Positions 39,249 through 49,895 of a stretch of DNA of 64,000 nt are shown one piece after another. This stretch comes from an uncultured archaeon (lineage in GTDB: Archaea > Asgardarchaeota > Lokiarchaeia > Sigyniarchaeales > SOKP01). Below the pieces are notes generated by a model that saw only the letters and a list, made by a program, of their open reading frames with translations, ran no database searches and had not been told where the DNA came from. The translations under genes were made by a program, and so were the position numbers. The stretch spans positions 24,907 through 88,906 of the forward strand of contig CAZWEM010000013.1 of the NCBI GenBank assembly GCA_964632315.1, read 5' to 3'. Every line of letters begins with the position of its first letter. Within the stretch, counting starts at the first letter, position 1.

Positions 39249-41054
39249 ATGTTTTTAAAAATTACATTACTACTTGTTAATATAATTTCTGGGGTATACA
39301 TTGTGTTAGAATACGAAATGGAAGAAATAGAAATAATAAAAGATGAGAAGATACAAAAAGTAATATTACCGAGATTAACAGAGGAGGAGAAAGGAATCAT
39401 TGATCCTATCGTAGCACCTACCTCTGGATTAAGAATACAAATTTTAGATGAAAATGATCAAAATCATAAAACTAAATACATATTAACAAAAAGAAAATTC
39501 TATCTCTATTTAAGAGTCTTAAAAGCAATAAGTATCAAGTATCAACAACTTAAGAGTGATAATCAGTTAAAAGTGTTAATAGTAACTGATGATCGACCAA
39601 CGAGACACGTACTACTGAAGTATAGTTCCCAAATATTTGCTCAAGATGGATTTGAAGTCTATTTCCAAAGTGATGATGATGACGAGTCTCGTATATCCTC
39701 TCCATATGGAGCTGCTTCGGTCAGATTGTTAAAGGATATAGACTTGATTATCGTTTTAACTGCATCTCATAATGATTTAACGTGGAATGGTATAAAATTT
39801 TATATTGACTATCCGATCCCCATGTCGGGGGATCTTTTTAAAGAAATTTCATCAATCGCATTAAACTTAAATGAAATTGAATTGAAAACAGACCTGATAA
39901 TACATAGAATTGATGCTGAGAAAAAAAATAATGAATATGTAATGAATTTACTAAAGGGAGTATTAGAAATTGAGAGTATTAAGGGAAAAAACATAGTGAT
40001 TTGGCCTTATCTCGGTAAAGCAAATGGAATTGTAAATTTATTTAAGAATTTTGGGGCCAATGTCATTTTAATTAATGAGGAGATCAACCCTCCAAATCCC
40101 ATCTTAGTAGTTAAGGAGGATAAATTACAAAAAGTAATGAGAGAAAACAATTCTAATCTTGCTCTATTATTAGATGCTGATCGCGATAGAATTGCATTAT
40201 ATGTGCATGAAAAGCAAAAAGACGAGTTTTCATATTACATTCCCAATGAAATTTATTCTGCCATGCACAATATATTAGCTAAAGAATATCAAAAACGTAT
40301 AATCAATGTCAGGACAATTCCAAGTGATTTAAGGGCTGATAAGTCGAGTTTCTTAAATATTTTAACTGGTGTAGGATATAAGCATATAGGTATTATTCTT
40401 TACTTTTTATTGGGAATTGATGTTGAAAAGTCGAAAGTAGAATCTGCGATCCTTTATTTACAAGCTGAAAATGGAGAGCTCATAAAAATCAATAACCCAA
40501 AGACCCTTAAAGAAGAAATTACAAAATGCTTGAATAGAAATGGAATTATCAATTCAAAATTTATAATAGTTATGTGGGAGGAGTCAGGTGGGCACACGCT
40601 CAATGTGATTTCAATCGAAAAAGATGAAGAACAAGGCTACAAATTTAAAGCTGAATTTCCTCTTATCGCAGATAAATATCCAGTACCGGCTTTAGTTATC
40701 GCTGCTGAGTTGATCTCCCGTGGATATGTTATCTCTGAATCAATTGACTGGTCAATAAAGGGAATTAATAGAACTATTCCCGCAAATGATGAAGAAAAGG
40801 TGAAAATTATGAAAAACTTTGAAGAAAATGATGGAAAAACAATTCAAATTAAGGATAAAAAGTATCAAGTGCGAGCATTATCCGACAATAGTGGAGAGGT
40901 AGACATCTACCAATTGAAAAGTAAGGATTCTACATTATACTTTAGACCTAGTGGCACTGGTCCAGAGGTTAGGTTTTATATATTTGGCAAAAGGGAAACG
41001 CATTTAGATGAGATAAAAACCGTTCAACAATACGTAAAAAATAACTATTCCTGA
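39249..41054 (+). CDS. Phosphohexomutase (PGM/PMM superfamily), divergent
   Basis: TSGLR, TASHN, NGIKF, DADRDR, EESGG, RPSGT. Confidence 0.85.
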   Translation: MFLKITLLLVNIISGVYIVLEYEMEEIEIIKDEKIQKVILPRLTEEEKGIIDPIVAPTSGLRIQILDENDQNHKTKYILTKRKFYLYLRVLKAISIKYQQLKSDNQLKVLIVTDDRPTRHVLLKYSSQIFAQDGFEVYFQSDDDDESRISSPYGAASVRLLKDIDLIIVLTASHNDLTWNGIKFYIDYPIPMSGDLFKEISSIALNLNEIELKTDLIIHRIDAEKKNNEYVMNLLKGVLEIESIKGKNIVIWPYLGKANGIVNLFKNFGANVILINEEINPPNPILVVKEDKLQKVMRENNSNLALLLDADRDRIALYVHEKQKDEFSYYIPNEIYSAMHNILAKEYQKRIINVRTIPSDLRADKSSFLNILTGVGYKHIGIILYFLLGIDVEKSKVESAILYLQAENGELIKINNPKTLKEEITKCLNRNGIINSKFIIVMWEESGGHTLNVISIEKDEEQGYKFKAEFPLIADKYPVPALVIAAELISRGYVISESIDWSIKGINRTIPANDEEKVKIMKNFEENDGKTIQIKDKKYQVRALSDNSGEVDIYQLKSKDSTLYFRPSGTGPEVRFYIFGKRETHLDEIKTVQQYVKNNYS

Positions 41055-42628
41055 ATTATTCCTGGAATAATTATTCTATTCGCTTCGATTCGAATCAACC
41101 CTTTTTCTTGTAACTTCTTCATTGTTGATAAGGTCTCTTCTTCATCCCATTCTAAGCTACTCATAAAATCATCTTTCGATAAAGGTTTTTTAAAAAGAGC
41201 ATGCGAAATGAACTTCTTTTCTTTTTGAGTTAATTTAATATCCTTGAATAAGAAAATCTGATGTTCATTTAAAGTTAATGATGAAGAAACTAGGCTCAAT
41301 TCCATCAACTCTTTTAGGGTAGATAGAATGATCTCTTCCTTAATATCAGGGAATTTTTTTAAAATATAGCTCTGAATTTTTTCAAATTGAGCCATTCCTC
41401 CGTTGAGAATTGAATACTTTTCGTGAAAACGTAAAATTCTTTGAGATATTGCTTCATCTAATTCGGTTGATTCATTGATCATTTTTTTCTTTGGGAGGCT
41501 TTTAACCGAAGGTTTTTTATCAAATTTAATTTTTGGTAACTTTTCTTCAGTTTTTACATCTTTTTGTTCAAGCTCGTTTAATTCGCTTAGATCTTCATGG
41601 ACTTCTTTCTTTACCTTCTCAATTTGCGATTTTAACCTTTTCTTAAGCTCTTGCCGTCGTATCTCTTTCTCTTCTTGTTTTTTTTTCTCAAATTGGATTT
41701 GAGCATTAAAAAAATCTTTCCATTTATTTACTTCCGATTCATCTTTAAAACATTCGACGATGATTTGATCATTTAATATCTCAAGTAATTTCTTATGTTT
41801 CATCCCTGATAATACTTTTTCTGTATACTGATAATCCCATTGAGTGAGTTCAAGTAATTTTTCAATACTTAAATTTGGATAGTCGTATGCAAATGAAAGA
41901 ACTACTTTTTCTGGATTAGTAATTTCAATATCTAAATTCTTAGTAATTATGAAGTAGAAAAAAGGATTAATTTCAATGACATCTCGAATAAGATTAGTCT
42001 CTTTCATTAAATTGAATATTGGTAAAATGTCTTCATCCTTTAGGTTTTTAACCGTTGAAAAGATATGATATTTAATTTCCTGAATTGGAATTAAATCTTG
42101 TTTATCGAGATTATTCTCTCGTATAATTTTAAGAAACCTTCGAGACATTTTTTCATAAAACATTCCCTTTCCAATGTCAACTTTCTTTTCTGTCCGAAGA
42201 TCTTGATCCAAGGCTTCGAGTTTCTCAATAGTATCCGAAAGATTTGTTAAATCCTCTGCTAATTCTTTTTTTGATTTTGGCAATGCTGACATTAAGCCAG
42301 CAGTAGTCAAGCGATATTCCTTTCCTCCTTTCTCAATTAGTTCTGTTTCAAACCCTTCAGATTGTGCCCTTGCCAATTTCATTTTTTGGCTTACATCATC
42401 TTCGATATACTTTTCTGTTTCTGCTATGATTTTTGATATTTTTAAAAGCTTTTCTTTAATTACATCTTTTGATTCCTCTCTGATTATGACATTTTGAGAG
42501 CTAATTTGATCTTTCGTCTCGATTTCTGATTTTAGTGATTCGATATGTTTCTTATATCTCCAGCTGTAAAGTAAAAAAAATATCGTAAAAACCAATGAGA
42601 TAACTAAAGAAATAATCAAAGCTTCCAT
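41045..42628 (-). CDS. Membrane-anchored protein with two tandem EAP30 (ESCRT-II Vps22/Vps36-like) double winged-helix modules
   Basis: N-terminal TM and coiled coil. Module 1: GMFYEKM..LIPIQEI..DEDIL..EKVVLSFA..W....EKVL. Module 2: NGGM..W....TLSTMKKL..KGLI..IIIPG. Confidence 0.7.
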   Translation of the reverse strand: MEALIISLVISLVFTIFFLLYSWRYKKHIESLKSEIETKDQISSQNVIIREESKDVIKEKLLKISKIIAETEKYIEDDVSQKMKLARAQSEGFETELIEKGGKEYRLTTAGLMSALPKSKKELAEDLTNLSDTIEKLEALDQDLRTEKKVDIGKGMFYEKMSRRFLKIIRENNLDKQDLIPIQEIKYHIFSTVKNLKDEDILPIFNLMKETNLIRDVIEINPFFYFIITKNLDIEITNPEKVVLSFAYDYPNLSIEKLLELTQWDYQYTEKVLSGMKHKKLLEILNDQIIVECFKDESEVNKWKDFFNAQIQFEKKKQEEKEIRRQELKKRLKSQIEKVKKEVHEDLSELNELEQKDVKTEEKLPKIKFDKKPSVKSLPKKKMINESTELDEAISQRILRFHEKYSILNGGMAQFEKIQSYILKKFPDIKEEIILSTLKELMELSLVSSSLTLNEHQIFLFKDIKLTQKEKKFISHALFKKPLSKDDFMSSLEWDEEETLSTMKKLQEKGLIRIEANRIIIPGIIQE

Positions 42629-42660
42629 AATTTTATTCAGTTATTACTTTTGTTTACTAA

Positions 42661-42681
42661 TTAATGAATTTATTTCATTAA
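42661..42681. promoter_or_regulatory. Dyad TTAATGAA-N5-TTCATTAA in a divergent promoter region
   Basis: Read directly; AT-rich, so chance occurrence is possible. Confidence 0.25.
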
Positions 42682-42795
42682 AATATTTTTATCCCTATTC
42701 TATAACTCCAATTTTTGACATTAAAAATTTAATTGCAATAAAAAATTTAGACTACTTAAATTATATTCCTTCTAAATACAAGATACAAAATTGAA

Positions 42796-44058
42796 GTGAA
42801 AATGCAAGAAAAAATTATTAACGATGAAATAAATGAAAAAATGACCTTGGAAAACGTATTTAAGATTTTTAATGACAACGTGTTTCCAATGTTAAATGAG
42901 GAAGAAAAGGAATTTTGTAACGATCTCCAAGAATTTTCATTAGATCTTCATCCTAAAATTGATAAGTCTAAAGATGTATATGTTCTATTTCCTGAATTAG
43001 GGAAAAGAGGCTACATGCAACGCATCAATAAATGGAAAGATTTCACTCCTTATGGCATGAAGAAAGAAATCCTCCTTGGCATGCATCTTTCGATGCTTGA
43101 TCCTCAACTCGAATTAGCTCGATTGGCTTCTGGAATACTTTGTGGAAATCCCACCTTCCATTATTATCAACATGGTGGTAAAGGAGATACAATTCAGAGG
43201 GTTCAAGACGAGTTAATGTCTGGACAGAAAATAGGGTGCATCGGAATTACAGAACCTTCCAGAGGTTCTGATGCCGTGAATTTGACGACCATTGCGACTA
43301 AAACTGATGATAGTGTGATTTATAATGGAGAAAAAGTATACACGACTAACGGACCTAAAGCAGATTATTTCTGTACTTATGGTGTCTATAATGATCAAGA
43401 TCCACGAGGGACAATGGTTCAAGCAATGATAAAACGTGAATTTGGTGTTAGAACCGAACGTTTAAAGATAAATTCAGTGCCTCGAGTTCATATTGCTCAC
43501 ACAATTCTTAAAGACGTGAAAATTCCAAAAGATTATATTCTTGCCGATGATGGAATGGGTTACGTGAGACTTTTCGAAGGTCTAGTTCCTGAGAGGCTTG
43601 GTATTATGGGTTCTGGAATTGGTATCTGTTGGGCAGGATTGATCTATGGAATTATCTATACGAATCTAAGAAAGCAATTTGGCAAGCCCGTAATGAGATA
43701 TCAAGGTGTAGGATATGGATTAGCGGATTTACTGACTAAATCTACAGCAGCTACAAGCTTAGCTTTGCAAGCAGCTACAATTTATGATGATAAAATTTTA
43801 TTTTCAGAAACGAAAAATAAAGAAGCAGAAAAGTGGGTAGCAGGGATCTCATCTCAAGGAAAATATTACACAGCAAAGCTTACTCATGAGATTTGTTATG
43901 AGGTTCAGCAACATATGGGAGGTGTTTCTGTTACTGATAATACTCCTGTCGATGAATTAACCGATGTGAGCAAAATCGAAGAAGTTATAGGTGGAGCAAG
44001 AAACATTCAATTGTTATTGATTCAAAATCAAATCCTGAGATATTTAAAATTTCTCTAA
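42796..44058 (+). CDS. Acyl-CoA dehydrogenase
   Basis: ITEPSRGSDA, NGEKVYTTNG, ER, RKQFGKP, QHMGG, IGGARNIQ. Confidence 0.9.
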   Translation: MKMQEKIINDEINEKMTLENVFKIFNDNVFPMLNEEEKEFCNDLQEFSLDLHPKIDKSKDVYVLFPELGKRGYMQRINKWKDFTPYGMKKEILLGMHLSMLDPQLELARLASGILCGNPTFHYYQHGGKGDTIQRVQDELMSGQKIGCIGITEPSRGSDAVNLTTIATKTDDSVIYNGEKVYTTNGPKADYFCTYGVYNDQDPRGTMVQAMIKREFGVRTERLKINSVPRVHIAHTILKDVKIPKDYILADDGMGYVRLFEGLVPERLGIMGSGIGICWAGLIYGIIYTNLRKQFGKPVMRYQGVGYGLADLLTKSTAATSLALQAATIYDDKILFSETKNKEAEKWVAGISSQGKYYTAKLTHEICYEVQQHMGGVSVTDNTPVDELTDVSKIEEVIGGARNIQLLLIQNQILRYLKFL

Positions 44059-44082
44059 TTTTTTTATTTTTTTGGTTTTTTT
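44059..44082 (+). terminator. Oligo-T terminator
   Basis: Three T-tracts immediately after the acyl-CoA dehydrogenase stop. Confidence 0.5.
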
Positions 44083-44216
44083 AGATTTTATTCTCATATT
44101 TTACCTCTAATTTATCATCATCTCATTATGAACTATAAATTTTAGTTGAAATCGTTTTATATTAGTATTGGAAAAATGTTATTATATTACCTTTTAGAAT
44201 AAACAATTTGTAAATT

Positions 44217-44942
44217 ATGGATCGAAAAAAAACCATGTTCTTAATTGCCCATAGGGGCGCGAGTGACCTTGAGCCTGAAAATACTTTGAAAGCTTTTGAA
44301 TTAGCAATTGAATTAGGAGCAGACTTTATTGAATTTGATGTTAGAAAGACACAGGATGAAGAAATTGTGATAATGCATGATCCGGGAGTATTTCGCATGA
44401 CACATAAACTTGGATTAGTTAAAAACCTGACTTTAAAGAAAATTAAATCGTTAAACACTAGTGATGGTGAAAGAATACCTACTTTGAAAGAATTATTACA
44501 AGCTACTAAGGGGAAGATTGGTTACATGTGTGAAATTAAAGTTAAAGGTATTGTTGATGATGTAGTACAAATTCTTAGTAAAAATAATGTCCTTGATTCA
44601 ACTATACTAATTTCTTTCAAGCATCAAGAACTCTTAAAAAGTCAAAATGAGCATCCTGGACTAAAATTAGGCGCAATAATTCCCTCGGGATTTAGATGGA
44701 TTACGAGCTTGTTTTGTAGAAAGGGATTGATCTCTAGATTAAGTGAGAAGAACTTTTTTTCTATAAATCCCTTTTATCCCTTGGTAAATAAAAAGTTTGT
44801 AAACCTTGCTCACCAAAATGGACTTAAAGTATTTCCATGGACCGTTAATTCAAAAAATAAAATGGAGAAGTTAAGTAGTATGGGAGTGGATGGAATTTTA
44901 ACTAATCATATCAAAAAATTTAAAACTTCGGTTCAAGAATAA
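44217..44942 (+). CDS. Glycerophosphodiester phosphodiesterase (GDPD/UgpQ family)
   Basis: IAHRGAS, PENT, EFDV, HD, EIK, WTVN, GVDGILT. Confidence 0.92.
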   Translation: MDRKKTMFLIAHRGASDLEPENTLKAFELAIELGADFIEFDVRKTQDEEIVIMHDPGVFRMTHKLGLVKNLTLKKIKSLNTSDGERIPTLKELLQATKGKIGYMCEIKVKGIVDDVVQILSKNNVLDSTILISFKHQELLKSQNEHPGLKLGAIIPSGFRWITSLFCRKGLISRLSEKNFFSINPFYPLVNKKFVNLAHQNGLKVFPWTVNSKNKMEKLSSMGVDGILTNHIKKFKTSVQE

Positions 44943-45043
44943 GATTCAAAAGAATTTAATATAGGAGATACCTTAAGGCTAGATCTTCAAAAATGTAAGC
45001 CCAAAAATAATTTAAAGTAATTTAAAAAAAGTGAATCAAACTT

Positions 45044-46438
45044 TTACTTGCTTTTAACTTTAATGAGGGTAATAATTTTAGGATAAAAGTATATTAAGAT
45101 AACTATTCCTGCTAATAAAATTAAGCCTATTAAAAAGGTTTGAATAGCTACTCTCATGACTAAATATATACTCGAAGATATTAGTTGAATCAACGTGATA
45201 ATAGCTCCCAATTTCATAAATGTGGAAAAACTCAACTCATATCCATAGTTTCTAACCATTAGGATTAACACTAAGTTATCTCCCATTATGGATAAGTTTT
45301 CTCCCAAAGTCGCTCCTATGGACACGCCTGAAAAAAAAGTGTGTTGAGTTCCCATAGTGGAGATGTCATTTACAATCGGTATGAAAATCTTAGTAATAGG
45401 GGCATTGTGAACGACAGAACTAAGTAATCCAGAGATCCATAAAAGTACTAATGTGGTAGCGACTTCATTCCCGTTAGTTACATAATTTATTCCATATGCT
45501 ACAGAATTTAATATTCCAGTAAATTCAATAGCACCAGACACAAATAAAATACAAAAGAGATAGAATATTAACTCAAGATCTAATTGTTTCCACAAGGATT
45601 CAAAACTCTTATTAAATATTAACAAGGCTGTAATTATTCCCCCCAATAAAGCAAGAACATCTATTGTTATGGTACTAAATATAGGTACAATTATTACAGA
45701 AAGAACGGTCATAATGAACATTATAAATGATTCATAGAATTTGCGTTTAGATGTTACAAACATCCATGGATCATAATCAATTAAGCGTTCAATATAGTTA
45801 TTTTCAGATGTTTCTAGCTTATTTTCATTATATCTGATTAAAAATACGAGACTTATGAAAAAAAGGAACAATGAAAAAATGCCAACTTCCATAAAGTATT
45901 CTGGAAAGGACCAGTCGATTGAATTGCTAATCAATATGTTAGGAATTGAACTTATAACAAACAAAAGGCCTCCAGTATTTACAACCATCCCTTCTGAAAG
46001 AATGAATGGAAGTGGATTAATTCTTAATATTTTACAAATTGTAATGGTGAGTGGGATTACTATAAAAATACATAAAATATTCATTGAGACAGAAGAAAAT
46101 ATAAATGTAAAGCTACATAAAATTATGAGTATATATAGGCTCTTACCTTTTGAAAATTGCACTAATCTAAATGCAATATAGTTGAAAACACCACTTTTTA
46201 TGCAAGCAGTAATTATCATCATCATACCGAAAATAAATAATATTGTATGAAGATTAGCATTATCTGTGCCAAAAATGAAGCTTACTACAATTGTTACATT
46301 AACATTATCAACATAGAGTAAAAAAAAGGCCACAATTATAGCACCTATAAAAGCAGCCAATAAACGGTTCATTTTCACTGCAATTATTAAAATTATGATT
46401 AAAGCAAGCATCATTGGGGCAATTATTGTCGATATCAT
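45044..46438 (-). CDS. ArsB/NhaD (P-protein-like) ion transporter
   Basis: FIFGMM, NTGG....SIPN, SSVVHNAP, LGENL; more than 11 TM. Confidence 0.8.
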   Translation of the reverse strand: MISTIIAPMMLALIIILIIAVKMNRLLAAFIGAIIVAFFLLYVDNVNVTIVVSFIFGTDNANLHTILFIFGMMMIITACIKSGVFNYIAFRLVQFSKGKSLYILIILCSFTFIFSSVSMNILCIFIVIPLTITICKILRINPLPFILSEGMVVNTGGLLFVISSIPNILISNSIDWSFPEYFMEVGIFSLFLFFISLVFLIRYNENKLETSENNYIERLIDYDPWMFVTSKRKFYESFIMFIMTVLSVIIVPIFSTITIDVLALLGGIITALLIFNKSFESLWKQLDLELIFYLFCILFVSGAIEFTGILNSVAYGINYVTNGNEVATTLVLLWISGLLSSVVHNAPITKIFIPIVNDISTMGTQHTFFSGVSIGATLGENLSIMGDNLVLILMVRNYGYELSFSTFMKLGAIITLIQLISSSIYLVMRVAIQTFLIGLILLAGIVILIYFYPKIITLIKVKSK

Positions 46439-46550
46439 GGCAATTTAACACTCTAAAAGAAATTTTTTTGTTTTTTTTGACTGTATAAATTTATCTATAA
46501 TAAATCTGATATTTAATTCTCATTACTTAATACAATAATTAAATAAGAAA

Positions 46551-47012
46551 ATGCGAGATAAACGATTTGTTGCAGTGCATCGGGGAGGCCCCCTCACCAA
46601 GGATCATCATCATCAATTAATTAAATGGGCAAGAAAATGTTCAGAACACGTGCTAACACTTATCGATCAAGAGATAGATCCACGGTTAATTCATGCTTTA
46701 AATGTTGCAAAAGAATGGGAACAAGATAACACTATAGTAGGTGAAGCACGAAAGGCGTCTTTAGGAGCAATCGCAGTAGCAAATGAAACCCCAAACCCTA
46801 TTATAACTGCGGTATCCCGATCCATTGGACACGCAGTAGCGACAGCCCATATGGCAGACCACTCAGTAGGTGCTGCTGAATATGCTCTTAAAGCAGTGAA
46901 ACTTTCAGGGGGCTCAATTGAACTCGAAAGGAAATGGCAAGATGCAAAATTAAATCCTGAAATTTCAGAACTTGTTTTAACAACAAGAGAAAAGAAGAAA
47001 CTTAGGCTATAA
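46551..47012 (+). CDS. Imm5-like putative immunity protein
   Basis: WA..C.EHVL, DPR, R.IGHAVATAHMADH, A.YA, ERKWQ. Confidence 0.7.
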   Translation: MRDKRFVAVHRGGPLTKDHHHQLIKWARKCSEHVLTLIDQEIDPRLIHALNVAKEWEQDNTIVGEARKASLGAIAVANETPNPIITAVSRSIGHAVATAHMADHSVGAAEYALKAVKLSGGSIELERKWQDAKLNPEISELVLTTREKKKLRL

Positions 47013-47156
47013 AATCCTTTAATTGATAAAACATTTTTATGAATTCATAAATATCTCCAATCACTTTTGAAAGTACATTTTAAGGTTAATAAATACTCTT
47101 AGAAGACTTTTTTATTTTCACTTATTTAAAATTGTGCAAAAAGCTTAAATAAAATC

Positions 47157-48170
47157 TTGATGATAAACTCACAATTAAATAACCTTGATAACGATATCAA
47201 AAATTTTTTGGAGGATTTAAGAATGGTAATTAGTATACATTCTCATTTAGCGCATAAGAATATGTGGTCAGATAAGTTTTGGGATTTTGTTGCAAGTAAT
47301 TATAGTTCTGCCTTAGGAATGCCTAAAGAAGCAGTTTTCCAAAACTTAATGCCTATGTTCTGGGCATCTAATGCTGAGAATTATATAAAAGTAATGGATG
47401 AAGCTGGTATTAAAAAGACAATCATAATGGGCGTTGATTATGGGATGTCAGAGGTTGGGGAAGCTAATTGGACTGTAGAAGAGATGAATAAATGGGTTGC
47501 TGAACAAGCTGATGAATATCCTGATAAGCTAAAATCTCTATGTGCTGTTGATCCAAGAAGAGGTGAAAAGGCTATCGATTTGGTTGAAAAAGCAGTTCAA
47601 GAATGGGGGATGATTGGAGTAAAGTTTCATCCAACTGCAGGATTTTATCCCGATAACCCTCAGTTTTATCCTTTATATGAAAAATGTGTAGAGCTATCGG
47701 TTCCACTTCATTCTCATACTGCAGCTACGATTTCCGCTCCTATGGTTTCCAAATACGCTGATCCAATTTACCTCGACACGATTGCGGCTAAATTTCCAGA
47801 ATTAAAGATTGTTTTGGTCCACTTTGGAAGCTTAAGTTACACACTTAAATGTGCAGAAATTATGGGATCAAGATCAAACGTCTATGCAGAACTTTCAGGT
47901 TATCAAATACAAGCATATTCGATGCCAGAATATTTTTTAAGAACATTAAGGGGGATACTTAATATGAAAGCTCTTTTAGGAGCTCCCCTAAAAGATAGAA
48001 TAATGTTTGGAACAGATTGGCCATATCTAGAAACAGCTCTAGAGTCTAAAAAATGGGTGCAATGGGTTAAAGATATTCCAGAGAAAGGCAAAGAATATGG
48101 TTTAGTATTTACTCAAGAGGAAATTAATAATATACTTAGCGAAAATGCCCAAAAAATTCTAAAACTATAA
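47157..48170 (+). CDS. Amidohydrolase_2-family metal-dependent hydrolase
   Basis: IHSH, GVKFHP, HSH, VHFG, MFGTDWP. Confidence 0.88.
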   Translation: MMINSQLNNLDNDIKNFLEDLRMVISIHSHLAHKNMWSDKFWDFVASNYSSALGMPKEAVFQNLMPMFWASNAENYIKVMDEAGIKKTIIMGVDYGMSEVGEANWTVEEMNKWVAEQADEYPDKLKSLCAVDPRRGEKAIDLVEKAVQEWGMIGVKFHPTAGFYPDNPQFYPLYEKCVELSVPLHSHTAATISAPMVSKYADPIYLDTIAAKFPELKIVLVHFGSLSYTLKCAEIMGSRSNVYAELSGYQIQAYSMPEYFLRTLRGILNMKALLGAPLKDRIMFGTDWPYLETALESKKWVQWVKDIPEKGKEYGLVFTQEEINNILSENAQKILKL

Positions 48171-48309
48171 GCTTTAATTCTAACCTTTTTTTTAATTCAT
48201 AAATATCTGTAAGAGTAGGCTATAGAAGTCGAATTTATTAGGTAAATCCATAGAATTTAATCTATGAGAAAGAGTGCTTTCAATTATTCATTTTCTTTTA
48301 GAGTAACTT

Positions 48310-49089
48310 TTAGATGTGAACTATAACGAGAGAAAATAATCCTATAAGAGACAACAAAATTGATTTTAAACTCATGATCAAAAGAAAACAGAATATGGTA
48401 ATTTGAAATAATGTCGAGGATATTTTTGGCGTAATCTTGTGTCCTAATCTAGTTGCAATATAGATGATAGGGATTCCTAACAAAAGCACAAGAACTAGCT
48501 CATAGGGAAATATATTTCCAATAAAATAAAATGGAATTCTAGAAAATGATAAAACTGAACCGACTGCTGCAAAATTTTCTATAAAATTTTCCTTATAATG
48601 TCCCGTATGTTCCAATAAAGCCACGTTTAAGGGACCAGCTGCGCTAATTAAACCTGACAATATCCCATAAGAGAATCCGCCAAAGATGATTAAATTTGAT
48701 TTATTATTTAAATCTCTCGAGTCTAAAGCGGAAGTAACTCGAAAAAAATACTTAGCTAATTTTATGGAAGCATAAACAAAAACAAATAATCCAAAAATTA
48801 ATTCTATCCATTCAAACTGTAGATCTATTATTAGAAAAGTTCCAAGTATGGTAGCTGGAACCCCTAATGATAAAAACCTTAAAAAATAACTCTTATCCAG
48901 AAGATGTCTATATTTTATAAAATTAACGGTAGAAGTTATGGTACCCCATAAGTTAACTAAGATTACTGAATCTTTAATTCCAATTATTGGGGTTATAATC
49001 GGAATCAATATAAGTGCATCGGCAAACCCAATGATTCCATAAACCAAACTGGAGAAAAAGACCGCGATGAGTGATAAATAAATGAACAT
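48310..49089 (-). CDS. TauE/SafE (TSUP) family membrane protein
   Basis: GIIGFA, GVP...LG, G.LSGL....GP. Confidence 0.75.
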   Translation of the reverse strand: MFIYLSLIAVFFSSLVYGIIGFADALILIPIITPIIGIKDSVILVNLWGTITSTVNFIKYRHLLDKSYFLRFLSLGVPATILGTFLIIDLQFEWIELIFGLFVFVYASIKLAKYFFRVTSALDSRDLNNKSNLIIFGGFSYGILSGLISAAGPLNVALLEHTGHYKENFIENFAAVGSVLSFSRIPFYFIGNIFPYELVLVLLLGIPIIYIATRLGHKITPKISSTLFQITIFCFLLIMSLKSILLSLIGLFSLVIVHI

Positions 49090-49118
49090 AAATCTTAAAC
49101 CGTTGTTTTAATTTAGAA

Positions 49119-49850
49119 TCAAATTTCATCTAAACGTTTTTGAGGGTTTTTAACGTCAAATAGTATCTCTTTGTTTTTTTGAACAAATTTCCATCCATAC
49201 CCTTTTAACTTAGTAAGAGGTCCCTCAATGCCTTTTGGATTTCCAGTCCTTGTATAGATTATCCTCGTACTTTTAATCGCTTTTATCACACTGAAAGGTG
49301 TTTTAAAATGCTCAATCAATTCTTTCGCTTTTTTGGGGCCACTATCTATTAAGCCTTCTATGATGAAAGCTCTCCTTTCTTCAGGACTCATAGTTTTTGG
49401 AGCTTTTCTCGAAATAAAAGTTTCCTTTCCTTTCGATTGTTCTCTATATGCAATTCTTTCAATTGCAATTGCAGTATCCTCGATATTTCGGGTAGGAATA
49501 ATAGGAACTTGCATGACATATGCAACTTTACACAATGCGCCATAGATTGAAGCGATATTCATTCCTGTTTGCTGGAACACGTCATCATTCAGACCTTCTA
49601 ATATCAAGATGGGTTTATCATATGTTTCTTTCAATCTTACTAATTGTTCAAACAATCGATTATCAATAATGGAAGAAACAAAATCATTTCCCTCTTTTCT
49701 TTCAATAGCCACTTCCTCACTTATGATAATATCGGCAATATCAAGTTGTTCAACGCTATATGATATAATCTCCTTTCGTTCGTCAAAAATCTTCATTAAC
49801 TTACGTTCTCGAGTGTCTAAAATAATCTTCAATATATTCTCTTTCAACAT
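49119..49850 (-). CDS. xpf: ERCC4/XPF-family structure-specific endonuclease (short form)
   Basis: DTRE, ADI, ERK...DF.SSI.D.RL.EQ, LILEG, C-terminal HhH. Confidence 0.85.
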   Translation of the reverse strand: MLKENILKIILDTRERKLMKIFDERKEIISYSVEQLDIADIIISEEVAIERKEGNDFVSSIIDNRLFEQLVRLKETYDKPILILEGLNDDVFQQTGMNIASIYGALCKVAYVMQVPIIPTRNIEDTAIAIERIAYREQSKGKETFISRKAPKTMSPEERRAFIIEGLIDSGPKKAKELIEHFKTPFSVIKAIKSTRIIYTRTGNPKGIEGPLTKLKGYGWKFVQKNKEILFDVKNPQKRLDEI

Positions 49851-49895
49851 TATAATCGCAAAATTTGGTTTATTATCATCTTGAATTAAGGCTTT

